From contig DVLZ01000025.1 of NCBI GenBank assembly GCA_018715245.1, forward strand, positions 31,737-71,736: a stretch of DNA of 40,000 nt, given 5' to 3'. The notes beneath the pieces are model-generated. The model saw nothing but the letters and a program-made list of their open reading frames with translations. It did not search any database and was not told the DNA's origin. Position numbers and translations under genes: made by a program. Source of the DNA: Candidatus Aphodousia faecavium (GTDB lineage Bacteria > Pseudomonadota > Gammaproteobacteria > Burkholderiales > Burkholderiaceae_F). This document shows positions 1 through 8,496 of the stretch, one piece after another. Position 1 is the first letter of the stretch; every line of letters starts with the position of its first letter.

Positions 1-545
1 AGTGTCGTGATGGCCACAGCAGACTGCATAGCCGCATCGCCAATCTCTTGTTGGCGGAGTTTGAGCTTGTCTTTTTTAGCTGAAAGAGCATTGAACCTAG
101 CCAAGGCCCGGTTTGCCTCTTCCGTTCCTTGCGCAAACAGCGCTTGCTTTTGCGTCAGTTCTGTCGTACTGCGGCCGAAGCCAGCCATCGCAACATTTGC
201 CTCGCGTAATGCTTCCGACTGCTTATCAAAAGCGCTCTTTACCTTGGCAAGCTTTCGCTCTTCCTGCACCAAAGCTGCCTGCATTTGCAAAGACGGTTCC
301 TGCAATCGACTCATGGCTGAGCGCAAATTATCCACGACAGCCTTCTGCCGGGAATAATCACTAAAAAGCGCCCCTGTTTCCCTACGTAACTTGAGCAGTC
401 CGTCAATTTTTGACGCAGCTTCATTGAGTTCTGCAGAGCGCTTTGCGAGCAAAGCCATCTTTTCATCAGCCCCGGTAAAGCTTGTAGAAAATCGGCGCTC
501 TAGCTCTGCATCCAAGCGGAATAAAACTTCGTATTGATTTGCCAT
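1..545 (-). CDS. Tail tape measure protein, N-terminal part (runs off window start)
   Basis: A minus-strand frame is open from ATG 545 to position 1. It is absent from the ORF track because it has no stop. The product begins MANQYEVLFRLDAELERRFSTSFTGADEKMALLAKRSAELNEAASKIDGLLK... and is A/L/K/E-rich and helical. It lies directly after the chaperone pair, as in P2 (E, E+E', T) and lambda (G, GT, H). Plus-strand ORFs 7-357 and 113-364 are its antisense shadows. Confidence 0.7.
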   Translation of the reverse strand, partial: MANQYEVLFRLDAELERRFSTSFTGADEKMALLAKRSAELNEAASKIDGLLKLRRETGALFSDYSRQKAVVDNLRSAMSRLQEPSLQMQAALVQEERKLAKVKSAFDKQSEALREANVAMAGFGRSTTELTQKQALFAQGTEEANRALARFNALSAKKDKLKLRQQEIGDAAMQSAVAITT

Positions 546-580
546 TTTTTTGTACAATCAAATGAGAGGAGTCGTCAAAA

Positions 581-787
581 ATGTGCCAAAGGAAATACTG
601 TAGAAATTGCCCACACTGGGAGCGCCACAAATGGTACGGCGGCGGTTATTGCTGGCTTGATGTTCTTGCTCCCACTCCTAAATCAAAATTCGGCGTTTTC
701 TGGGAACATTTTGAGAACATCATTGTCCTAATTGGGATCATTGCGCTCTTTCTTTTCTTCCCGGCCGTCGTCATCTTTTTCGGTTAG
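581..787 (+). CDS. Small Cys-rich membrane protein, hypothetical (opposite-strand insert in the tail operon)
   Basis: This 68-aa ORF has GAGAGGAG about 9 nt upstream of its ATG. The N-terminus is CQRKYCRNCPHW...C and the C-terminus is a hydrophobic helix (IIVLIGIIALFLFFPAVVIFF). It fills an otherwise unexplained 225-bp gap between the chaperone stop (771) and the tape measure start (545). Confidence 0.35.
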   Translation: MCQRKYCRNCPHWERHKWYGGGYCWLDVLAPTPKSKFGVFWEHFENIIVLIGIIALFLFFPAVVIFFG

Positions 788-1312
788 CATTGCCCTTTTC
801 CTGCCGCTGCTGCTCCATAGCCACGTGGTAGCTCCACTGATAAAGCTCAACAATCGGCACACCGAACCACTCCAGAGCACTGCCTCCGGCACCGGCCCAA
901 ACCAGCTTTAGCCCTAAGATGCGGATGTCCCAAAGGGTTCTGTCGATGTCTGTTTGCTCATCTCTTCTACGACGGCCTCTCGCGCCTTTTTCATTTCTTG
1001 AAATTCGGCTGACAGGAGACCGGAAAAGAGCAAAAAATTGATGGCCGACTGAGTAATCCCGATGTAGTCCGGGGCGCTCACGTGATCGAACAGACCAACC
1101 GGCACCTTGGCTGCACGAGCGGCAAAGCAAGCCGCGAAATCCGTGTCCATCGCAATCACAGACTTCTGCAGCAACGGGTTTCGCTGTTCAAATTCCCTTT
1201 TAGCTGCAACCACATCGCGGCCGCTCATGGCCTCAAAATCAAACCGCAATTCTTTGTAGGTTTCGCCCTCAAATTCAACCGGACGGGTAAGTTTGAAAGT
1301 TGGAGAGTTCAT
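771..1312 (-). CDS. Frameshift-extended tail chaperone (E+E' / GT analogue), produced by a -1 slip at 1037-1031
   Basis: The zero-frame codons AAT TTT TTG (N-F-L of ...SAINFLLF...) contain T_TTT_TTG. The -1 frame is the 771-1130 ORF (..FFALFRSPVSRISRNEKG..EWFGVPIVELYQWSYHVAMEQ..), which has no start or RBS of its own. Frame arithmetic was checked: codon phase 1312 mod 3 = 1, and 1130 mod 3 = 2, which is -1 on the minus strand. Confidence 0.7.
914..1312 (-). CDS. Tail assembly chaperone (P2 gpE / lambda gpG analogue)
   Basis: A 132-aa ORF lies between the tube and tape measure genes. Its N-terminus (TFKLTRPVEFEGETYKELRFDFEAMSGRDVVAAKRE) resembles gpE-type chaperones as I recall them. It contains the slippery site described below. 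Confidence 0.75.
   Translation of the reverse strand: MNSPTFKLTRPVEFEGETYKELRFDFEAMSGRDVVAAKREFEQRNPLLQKSVIAMDTDFAACFAARAAKVPVGLFDHVSAPDYIGITQSAINFLLFSGLLSAEFQEMKKAREAVVEEMSKQTSTEPFGTSAS
1031..1037 (-). promoter_or_regulatory. Programmed -1 ribosomal frameshift heptamer T_TTT_TTG
   Basis: The plus strand reads caaaaaa at 1031-1037. On the minus strand this is TTTTTTG in X_XXY_YYZ register with the chaperone frame. Confidence 0.7.
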
Positions 1313-1351
1313 TTCAATTTGCCCGAGACGTTTCCGCCCCGGGCCCTTTAG

Positions 1352-1885
1352 TTAGTTCAATCCCAAATCGCTTCGCACCGAGGCAAGCAAGTCGTTTCCA
1401 TTGATTCGGCACACAAAGTTGTACTTATCAATTTCAAGCACCTCAGCACCATCCACAAAGAGTTTGATGTAAATCACCTCAAACTCCTGCTCGCTGTCGG
1501 TTGCCGTACCCGGCTGCAGACTGCCCATGTTGAAGGACTTCGGAATGATTTTCATCGTAGTCCGTACCGGCATCGTGGTGATTTCACCGGTTGCTGTTTC
1601 CGTCACCTGCTGCGAAGCACGGCAATCCACTTGGTGAGCACGCTGCTCGCAAAGCGCGACCGCATCCGGCTCAATCGAGCGCCAGTGAAAGGTTGTCGTC
1701 ATTGCCTGGAAGTGACCCAAAACAGGCGACTCAACTTCCCCGGCAATACCGGCACCGCTTACGGTGTCTGCCATCGCTTGGATCTGCGGCAAATCAATTG
1801 ACGCAATACCCAAAAACTTTCCTGCTTCATTGAAAACGGCGGCATTGACCACACGCTCAATGATTTGATTGGCTCCGTTCGCCAT
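1352..1885 (-). CDS. Major tail tube protein (P2 FII-type)
   Basis: The product is 177 aa from ATG 1885, with GGAGGGG 5 nt upstream. The track start at 1897 is a TTG inside that SD. The C-terminus (..FEVIYIKLFVDGAEVLEIDKYNFVCRINGNDLLASVRSDLGLN) follows the FII-type tube ending as I recall it. The gene lies directly downstream of the sheath gene. Confidence 0.85.
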   Translation of the reverse strand: MANGANQIIERVVNAAVFNEAGKFLGIASIDLPQIQAMADTVSGAGIAGEVESPVLGHFQAMTTTFHWRSIEPDAVALCEQRAHQVDCRASQQVTETATGEITTMPVRTTMKIIPKSFNMGSLQPGTATDSEQEFEVIYIKLFVDGAEVLEIDKYNFVCRINGNDLLASVRSDLGLN

Positions 1886-1897
1886 GATCCCCTCCAA

Positions 1898-3376
1898 TTA
1901 CCCAAACAGCGTTTCAAGATACGAAACGTCGTACTCAACAACGAAATCAATTTCACGATTGGGCGAAGGCGGTGTGACAAACACATGGAAACGCGCAATG
2001 CCGTCCATCAAATCCGTTGTAGCGTTTTCAGTTTCCAAAAATTCGACCCGTCCGCCCAGGATGTACTGCTTGGCAGCCAATCCATTAAGCCAGATATTGG
2101 CCGAGTCCAAAATGGTGTCGATCTGACGGCGGTTAAGCGGCGCATCCACACGCTGCCAGAAGGTTTGCACCAGCGTATTGCCGATCCAGCCAAACATACG
2201 ACGAATCGGAATGAACGCATCCTTGACATCGGTATTGCCCGGATAGCACGCTGTGCGATTGCCCCAGCAGACCCAGCCGCCGATAAAGTTCAAGGCCGTC
2301 ACGACGCCCTGGCTATTAAGGTAGGCTCCGGTATCCGGACCAAGCGTTACCTCAGAGCCATCATCGAGCACTGTTGCTGTCATCTGCAGCGTTTTGTTGG
2401 ATGGGCTCACGTAAGGCACATCATCGTTTTCACCATCAGTGCGGCCCAACAGTGCAGCCACCTGAGTCGAAAGGTGATACACCGTGTCATCGAGCGCCAC
2501 CATCGGCCAGCAGCAAATCTGCTGAGGATCCACAACGTTATTGTTGTTTTTCCAGGCAGCCACATCGGTGTAGTTTTTCACCGTCTTTGTGGGGACATCG
2601 ATCACGCTCACCGCAGAAAAATGCTCGTTGATGCCGACACATTTTGCCGCCATGATGGCGGCCACTGTGGCATTGTCCGAGAATCCCGGAGCAAGCAGAA
2701 TGCCTGGCACCAAACGGAATTTCGGGAAGACATCGTTGACAAGCTCAAAGCCGCTCTTAACGCCGGCAGTGCTGACGCCACCCACAATGTCATCCTCATC
2801 AACCAGACTCGGATCAAGCTTTTCAGCCGTCAGCGTCAAGGCGGTGCCCACCGCACACTTAAACTCATCGTCGCCCTGCAAGGACGTGATGACCAAGTAA
2901 CCGTCGCTGTCGAACGTGAGGGCATAATCCTCATCGAGCGTGTAAGTCGTCTCATTGTTTTTGAGCACCACGCTCGAGGGCAAAATGCCGGTTTCCGCCA
3001 CCGTCGCAGCGCCCGTTTTAGCATCGAGCGTGACCGTTTTGGTATCGGCAGACTTTTTGTGCTTCGTCGGATCCAGCACATTGACGATAATGGCCGGACC
3101 AACGCCAAAAAGCGAAAACTGGGCATAGGCAAACTCAGAGATCGAGTAGGCGTACTTTTTCAACCCACTTGTCGCATCAAGCTCCGCCGGCACAAACCCA
3201 AACGCCGCCACGACTTCCTCATAACTCGAGCACATCACAGGGCGATTGACGTTTGTCGGATCGGTCATGTTGACCGGAGCGCAACCCACAATGAAGGGAA
3301 CACCGGCCGAAACGGTCACCGGAGGCAGCACGGAGGTCGCAACCTCCGAAACCTTCACACCATGGTTATAGGCCAT
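1898..3376 (-). CDS. Contractile tail sheath protein (P2 FI-type)
   Basis: The product is 492 aa, with AAGGAG 8 nt upstream of the ATG. The N-terminus (MAYNHGVKVSEVATSVLPPV) and the size are typical of sheath proteins. The sheath-tube gene order supports the call. Confidence 0.9.
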   Translation of the reverse strand: MAYNHGVKVSEVATSVLPPVTVSAGVPFIVGCAPVNMTDPTNVNRPVMCSSYEEVVAAFGFVPAELDATSGLKKYAYSISEFAYAQFSLFGVGPAIIVNVLDPTKHKKSADTKTVTLDAKTGAATVAETGILPSSVVLKNNETTYTLDEDYALTFDSDGYLVITSLQGDDEFKCAVGTALTLTAEKLDPSLVDEDDIVGGVSTAGVKSGFELVNDVFPKFRLVPGILLAPGFSDNATVAAIMAAKCVGINEHFSAVSVIDVPTKTVKNYTDVAAWKNNNNVVDPQQICCWPMVALDDTVYHLSTQVAALLGRTDGENDDVPYVSPSNKTLQMTATVLDDGSEVTLGPDTGAYLNSQGVVTALNFIGGWVCWGNRTACYPGNTDVKDAFIPIRRMFGWIGNTLVQTFWQRVDAPLNRRQIDTILDSANIWLNGLAAKQYILGGRVEFLETENATTDLMDGIARFHVFVTPPSPNREIDFVVEYDVSYLETLFG

Positions 3377-3382
3377 GATTCT

Positions 3383-3634
3383 TTACTCCTTACTTTTAAA
3401 AAGATTCGTCAGATAAAAATTGAGGATGTGTCCTTTACGGTTCACATCCTTTCGAGCTTGCTGCAGACCTTCAACCGGCACCATCAAGTGCGCAATATTC
3501 GGGTACTTCTCAATCAAGCTTTTCACCGGGGCCGTGTAGTCACCGGAAAGAAAAACCGTGTGCTTCACAAGCCCTTTGAGCGAAGGGCCGATGTAAACAA
3601 CAGCTCCTCGTTTCTTACGCTTTCTTAACTCCAT
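3383..3634 (-). CDS. Hypothetical small protein between the tail terminator-like gene and the sheath gene
   Basis: An 83-aa ORF in the operon orientation overlaps the upstream gene by 20 nt. I recognise no motif in it. Confidence 0.5.
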   Translation of the reverse strand: MELRKRKKRGAVVYIGPSLKGLVKHTVFLSGDYTAPVKSLIEKYPNIAHLMVPVEGLQQARKDVNRKGHILNFYLTNLFKSKE

Positions 3635-4124
3635 TAAAATCCCCCGTGAAATCAGTGATCGGATGCGGATTGCGCATCAGCCACCGCGTTTTCATATTGA
3701 CCTGCCAATACGGATAATCATCAATGCCGGTGTTTTGCACCTCAATCGGCAGCTGTAGCACGTAGCGCCTGGCCAGCACACCGTTGGGTAGCGTTTTCAA
3801 CGCCAGCCGGATGCGAGAGGCTGCATTGAGGCCATCCTCGTGCGCTTTGATCGGATAGAGCTCTTTTCCCTCAGAATCCAAGCATTCGTCATAAGTACAA
3901 ATCGAAATTCGCACCTCAACCTCTGTTGTTTCCAAGTCGGCACTCGAGCTTTCAAAGGCAATCACCACGCACGGATAATCACTTTCACTGCGGTTGTTTG
4001 GAGGCAGAAAGCCGTTGATCACTGCTGGATGGACAAGTTCGCCTTTGGGGTTTTTCAGCACCACGTTTTTGAGCGCCTTTTCCACCTCATCTCGCAGCGC
4101 CTCGCAAAGCAAAACCTCAATCAT
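3615..4124 (-). CDS. Tail terminator / tail completion protein (lambda gpU position)
   Basis: A 169-aa ORF overlaps the gpZ-like gene by 4 nt. The call rests on position (FII-like, Z-like, then this gene, then sheath). Confidence 0.5.
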   Translation of the reverse strand: MIEVLLCEALRDEVEKALKNVVLKNPKGELVHPAVINGFLPPNNRSESDYPCVVIAFESSSADLETTEVEVRISICTYDECLDSEGKELYPIKAHEDGLNAASRIRLALKTLPNGVLARRYVLQLPIEVQNTGIDDYPYWQVNMKTRWLMRNPHPITDFTGDFNGVKKA

Positions 4125-4726
4125 TTGGATGCTCCTTTCAGCAGTTGCCGAGCCTCGTGATCCAAACGCTTTTGCATCACGTCCTGCATCTTTGCCTGCA
4201 CGCTTTGCACGGCCACCTCCTCAATCATTTGCGGCACAGCACGGTCGAACTTTTTCTCAATCGGAGCTCCCAGACGCTTGCGGCCATTTCGTCGATCCTG
4301 ATACACCCTTGTTCGCGGCGCATTTTCGTTTCGCTCGAAAATATGACCTTTCCACTTGAAGCCTCGCTGCAGATCAAACGATTGACCTTTTTTCACCGTC
4401 ACACGCACCGGTTTGCGATTGCCGCCGGTTGTGCTGGCATCTGTCGGCGTATGCTTAAACGCTCTTAACGGCAGGCTGCGCCCTTTCGAGCTCAATTCAC
4501 CGGAAAGATTGGTAAGCGTTGCCTTGCGCTCTTTCACAGTCTCGCCAATCGCATCAGATCGCACAGTAAAGGCCTTTCTCACGTCGCGTGAGATCTGGGT
4601 CTTACCGGAACTCAAAGCGCGATTAACGGCCCGCATAGTGGCTTTCTCGATGCCTTTCGGTACGCTGGAAAGCAGTTCTCTGAGGGACTTAAGCCTTGTC
4701 TCATCAGCTTGGAGCTTGATCTTCAT
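4121..4726 (-). CDS. Minor tail / tail completion protein, lambda gpZ-like
   Basis: The 201-aa product contains ..ATMRAVNRALSSGKTQISRDVRKAFTVRSDAIGETVKERKATLTNLSGELSSKGRSLPLRAFK... This parallels lambda Z (..AMAINRVASSAISQSASQVARETKVRRKLVKERARLKRATVKN..GDLPVIKLG) as I recall it. Confidence 0.6.
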   Translation of the reverse strand: MKIKLQADETRLKSLRELLSSVPKGIEKATMRAVNRALSSGKTQISRDVRKAFTVRSDAIGETVKERKATLTNLSGELSSKGRSLPLRAFKHTPTDASTTGGNRKPVRVTVKKGQSFDLQRGFKWKGHIFERNENAPRTRVYQDRRNGRKRLGAPIEKKFDRAVPQMIEEVAVQSVQAKMQDVMQKRLDHEARQLLKGASK

Positions 4727-5037
4727 GACCTACGCTCCTCTGCGACGATGACAATCATTCCATCTTCAATGCCAGCACTTACCACCAAGTGCACACTGCC
4801 ATCAATTCGGATTGATCCGGTTGCCTTCGGCACTTCCATATCCTTCTCGCTCACGTAAAGCGTGACCGTGTTGGAATAGACACCCAATGCCTTTGCCAAA
4901 CTCGGATCTGAGTTGATGTTTTTATCCAGCACGCACAAGATCTCTTTGCCGTCAATGTTGTGTTTTTCCGCAAACTCATCCGGATTGAGAAAAATCCGTT
5001 TGACATCCGCAGCCACCATGTCTTTGAAGTAGCTCAT
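4723..5037 (-). CDS. Head-tail joining protein (lambda FII position)
   Basis: A 104-aa ORF lies directly after the capsid gene and overlaps the next gene by 4 nt. The call is based on position and size. Confidence 0.5.
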   Translation of the reverse strand: MSYFKDMVAADVKRIFLNPDEFAEKHNIDGKEILCVLDKNINSDPSLAKALGVYSNTVTLYVSEKDMEVPKATGSIRIDGSVHLVVSAGIEDGMIVIVAEERRS

Positions 5038-5081
5038 GAGATCTCCGTTTGAAGGGACCTTGCGGCCCCTTCGCTCATGGA

Positions 5082-6968
5082 TTAAGCCAAAACGGCGTCA
5101 TTGAAAATACAGAAGCTTTCCGGATGACGCACGGCCACATCAAGCGACTGCAGCGCGCGGATCTCCACGCCGCCATTGTCATAGGCCGTTGCAGAGAACG
5201 GATTGGGCAAGAGCTCAACCACGCCCCATTCGCCGATCACGATGTCAGACCAGTTGCCGAACACAAGTTCAGAGCAGGTCTTTTGGCTAGGCGACTCACC
5301 AACAGTGATGTTGGAGCGAAGCTGATTGCTGCGAGCAACCGGATAGCCATTGACTTCGCCGGGTGTACCGTTGGCAAATCCCTTGTCGATCGACTTCCAG
5401 AGATACTGGCCGTTGTCATCCTTGAGTTTCTTGAGCGCTCCGATGGTGCGGGCGTTGCACATGTAAGCCATGGCATCGCCGACCACATTGGCTGCCGCAA
5501 CCTGGGTTTCCATGTCGATCAAGAGATCAAAGCTCAGATCCGTGCCGGTCGTGCCGCCTACCTTACCGACATTGGTCTGGTTGAAAATGCCCTTAGGTTG
5601 ACCGTTGCTGCCGGTGCCGATCAAGCACGCAGAATCCACGCCCAAAGCAATTGAAGTGATCAACTCATTGCGTACAAAGAGCTCCACATCCAAAGAGGCC
5701 TGCTTGAGCATATTGCGGGAAATGAAAGACTTTGCCGCAACCGTCTTCATGGACAAAGGAACCTTGTCGAAAGTCGCATTGGTGCCTGTCACCGTACCGG
5801 TTTCCGAAATCCAAGAAACCGTGGAAACGCCGCTTTGGCGCGGGATCTCAACATTGCCGACAAGGCCTGTCAAAAGCGTGGCACCCAAGCGCATCACCAT
5901 GGCTCGAGCTCGCAACGCTTCGATAAAGGAACCAGTCAAAAGCTGCGTAGCAATCAAATTTCCGCCCTGGGTTGCAGGACTTGCAAAGTAGCCAGGCGTA
6001 GGATCGTCACGGCGACCCAACGTGATGTTGGTCGGCATAAAAAAGCCTGCGGTATCGCGCTGCATACGGCGGGCCAATTCCTGGGACACTTCGCGCTCGA
6101 ATCCGGCCTGACGCCAATCGTTCGTCAAAGCCGCATTTAAAGCGCGCACCAGACTGTAACGGCTGCGTTCGGTTTCGCTCAGACCAATGTCAAAGTCATT
6201 GTGTGCACGGCTCGAATCACCGGTGGGATTGGCGCTACGGCCACGAATCGTTTCCATAACCATGGCTCGAGCCTCATCGATCGAGTGCCCTTCATTGATC
6301 AGCTTCTGGCGCTGCTCGAGAGGCACGTTGAAATCACGGCACATCGTTTCGATTGCCTGGATGCGCTCACGTTCGGCTTTGCGCTCGGCACTGCGCACTT
6401 TTTCGACATCAATATCTGCGGGCTTGGGATCTCCGGCCGCCCCATTCTTGCCGGGCTGTTGACTCGTCGTCATTGCTTTTTCTCCTTCATTAGGATCACT
6501 CAAACTCCGGTAAACACCCACCGACGTGTCGGCCGGCACAGTTACCAGGGAGACTTCATAAATTTCCCAGTCTTTTGCTAAAAACTTCGTGCCATCCCTC
6601 GACTGGTCAAAGGCATAGACGCGATAACCGCACGAGACATTGACCAGAATGCGGTCCTTCACGAGCTCAAAAGCCCGCTGCGCCTCGTCAGTTTTTGCAA
6701 ATCGAACCGTTGCATAGGTTCGGTGCTCATCCTGCTCGAGCCGCTCAACCACACCCAAAAGCTTGTCTCGATCGTGGTTAAACAAAAGCGACATCGACTG
6801 CTGCCGCTCACCGTTGCGCATAGCCCCAATGTCGTGGCTAAGCGTTTCAGTCCCATATCCGACATCCACCGGCGTATCAGAGGCCACCGGAAAACGCACT
6901 GTGCGGCTTTCCTCATTGACCTCCGACTCAGCGACCGCCAGCGATCGGAATCTAAGTTCTTTGGGCAT
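5082..6968 (-). CDS. Prohead protease (HK97 gp4/S78-type) fused to a scaffold-like linker and an HK97-fold major capsid protein
   Basis: The product is 628 aa. The N-terminal ~165 aa resemble an S78 prohead protease (..SLLFNHDRDKLLGVVE..VSCGYRV..EVSLVTVPADTSVG). The middle is a charged helical stretch (DVEKVRSAERKAERERIQAIE..). The C-terminal ~330 aa match the HK97 capsid family pattern (..LLTGSFIEALRARAMVMRLGATLLTGLVGNVEIPRQSG..). Confidence 0.85.
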   Translation of the reverse strand: MPKELRFRSLAVAESEVNEESRTVRFPVASDTPVDVGYGTETLSHDIGAMRNGERQQSMSLLFNHDRDKLLGVVERLEQDEHRTYATVRFAKTDEAQRAFELVKDRILVNVSCGYRVYAFDQSRDGTKFLAKDWEIYEVSLVTVPADTSVGVYRSLSDPNEGEKAMTTSQQPGKNGAAGDPKPADIDVEKVRSAERKAERERIQAIETMCRDFNVPLEQRQKLINEGHSIDEARAMVMETIRGRSANPTGDSSRAHNDFDIGLSETERSRYSLVRALNAALTNDWRQAGFEREVSQELARRMQRDTAGFFMPTNITLGRRDDPTPGYFASPATQGGNLIATQLLTGSFIEALRARAMVMRLGATLLTGLVGNVEIPRQSGVSTVSWISETGTVTGTNATFDKVPLSMKTVAAKSFISRNMLKQASLDVELFVRNELITSIALGVDSACLIGTGSNGQPKGIFNQTNVGKVGGTTGTDLSFDLLIDMETQVAAANVVGDAMAYMCNARTIGALKKLKDDNGQYLWKSIDKGFANGTPGEVNGYPVARSNQLRSNITVGESPSQKTCSELVFGNWSDIVIGEWGVVELLPNPFSATAYDNGGVEIRALQSLDVAVRHPESFCIFNDAVLA

Positions 6969-6993
6969 CTTTTCCCCCTAATAAAAAACCGGC

Positions 6994-8496
6994 TCATTCA
7001 CCGGTTTCTGTTTCGCCATTTCCTGTTGACTGCTCTTTGATTGTTTCGGTATCGAAATCAAGCCCTAATGCCTTCGCTCGCTCCCGATCGCTCTTGATCA
7101 TCTTGTCAACATCCTCACGATCTTGGCCGTTGCCAATTGCGGCAATCACATCACTGCGGGACATGAAGCCGTGCTGAACAGCCAACACGTAAGCCTGCAC
7201 TTCCTTTTGCGGATCCACCCAGGACCATCCACGCGGCTTGAAGCGCACCTTTTGGTAGTGCTCCTTGCGGTTGAAATAGTCGGGAATCCGAACCGCTCCG
7301 CTAATTACTGCAGCATCAAGCCACTCTCGGTAAATGTCATGCAAGTAATTGCGGATCAACCAACTTTGTAGCACTCTCCATTGATTGCGGTCATCAAGCA
7401 GCGCCAGACGGCTCGAAGAGTAGTTGCTCTGGCTGTAATCGCGGCTCAGAGACTCATACGAAACGCCAACACCAGAAGCAACCTCGCGCAGCATGTAGCG
7501 CATAAAGCCATCGAGCTGTGCATTGGGCCGACTTGGAGCAAAGCCGTTAAAAGTTTCACCTGGGAGCAATCGCTGGAATGTTCCCGGCTCACTTTTGATG
7601 AAGCGATCAACTTTCTTGAGTTTGTCGAAATCACTCGGGTCCAACGTGTCCAGACTTTGCTGCACAAAACCCATGATGTTTGCCGCCGCTCGAGCTGCCG
7701 TCAGTTCGCTTTCGGTGTAGCCGCCCATATCCCGCAACCTGCGGATAACCATGTGCATCCAAGGGACGCCTCTCGTTTGCGGCCACCGGGAAACCAAGTG
7801 CAAGTGCTCGATGTCCTTTGCAGGAATCCGGCGCATGGCCTCTCGATGAATCTCACCCGCATAGGCAAAGTCCCCCGGGTGAAAGCGCCTCATCCAATAG
7901 GCGACGGGACGCTGCCACTGATCAACTTCAACGCCAAAACGTATCGTGTTGCCGGCTTGCCCCATGTATGTGCCCACGCCATGGTCCAAAAGCAAATCCG
8001 GTTCAATCACCTCCAAGGCAAACGGAATTCGACCTTGACCAAAAGGCCGGCGTACTTTCCGGATGATGGCCTCACCGTCCTGAAACACGCCACCGATAGC
8101 CATGCGCAAAAGCTCGGTCATGCCAAGCTGCCCGGCAGTGTGGCAGGTATCTTTTTCACACCACCGCTGCCAAGCCTCTTCGATTTGATCGTTAACCGAT
8201 TGATCCGGAGATCCATCGCGCTTTGTTACCTGAGCCTGCAGGCCAATACCGGTGCCCACCACATTGTCAATCACAATGCGCTGCAGGTTTGCAGCGTGCG
8301 GATTGTCCCGAATCATCTGCCGGGACCGATTTCTAAGCGCTGCCAGGCTCGTGAATAACTCACTATCCTGAGACGTGCCGCCGGCAGCCCAATCATTAGT
8401 CAGCCGTCCGCCTTTTGCGCCAGCAAACATGCGAAACTTGAGCTTGCCGTCTTTGCCTCGCTCAAAGCGTTTCATTAGTTCGTCATAAATACTCAT
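6994..8496 (-). CDS. Portal protein, lambda gpB family
   Basis: The product is 500 aa. Its N-terminal signature is FAGAKGGRLTNDWAAGGTSQDSEL..LRNRSRQMIRDNPHAANLQRIVIDNVVGTGI. The gene lies between the gpW-like and capsid genes, as in lambda. Confidence 0.9.
   Translation of the reverse strand: MSIYDELMKRFERGKDGKLKFRMFAGAKGGRLTNDWAAGGTSQDSELFTSLAALRNRSRQMIRDNPHAANLQRIVIDNVVGTGIGLQAQVTKRDGSPDQSVNDQIEEAWQRWCEKDTCHTAGQLGMTELLRMAIGGVFQDGEAIIRKVRRPFGQGRIPFALEVIEPDLLLDHGVGTYMGQAGNTIRFGVEVDQWQRPVAYWMRRFHPGDFAYAGEIHREAMRRIPAKDIEHLHLVSRWPQTRGVPWMHMVIRRLRDMGGYTESELTAARAAANIMGFVQQSLDTLDPSDFDKLKKVDRFIKSEPGTFQRLLPGETFNGFAPSRPNAQLDGFMRYMLREVASGVGVSYESLSRDYSQSNYSSSRLALLDDRNQWRVLQSWLIRNYLHDIYREWLDAAVISGAVRIPDYFNRKEHYQKVRFKPRGWSWVDPQKEVQAYVLAVQHGFMSRSDVIAAIGNGQDREDVDKMIKSDRERAKALGLDFDTETIKEQSTGNGETETGE

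Noticed and set aside
1865-3628. 587-aa plus-strand ORF, the longest ORF in this part of the track
   Set aside because: It is the antisense shadow of the sheath and tube genes. It is Arg/His/Ile-rich and low in complexity and has no RBS, whereas the minus strand encodes clear sheath and tube sequences. The same reasoning applies to 5049-5654, 7381-8358, 9088-9481, 14643-15404, 15468-16334, 16663-17169 and 23408-24136.
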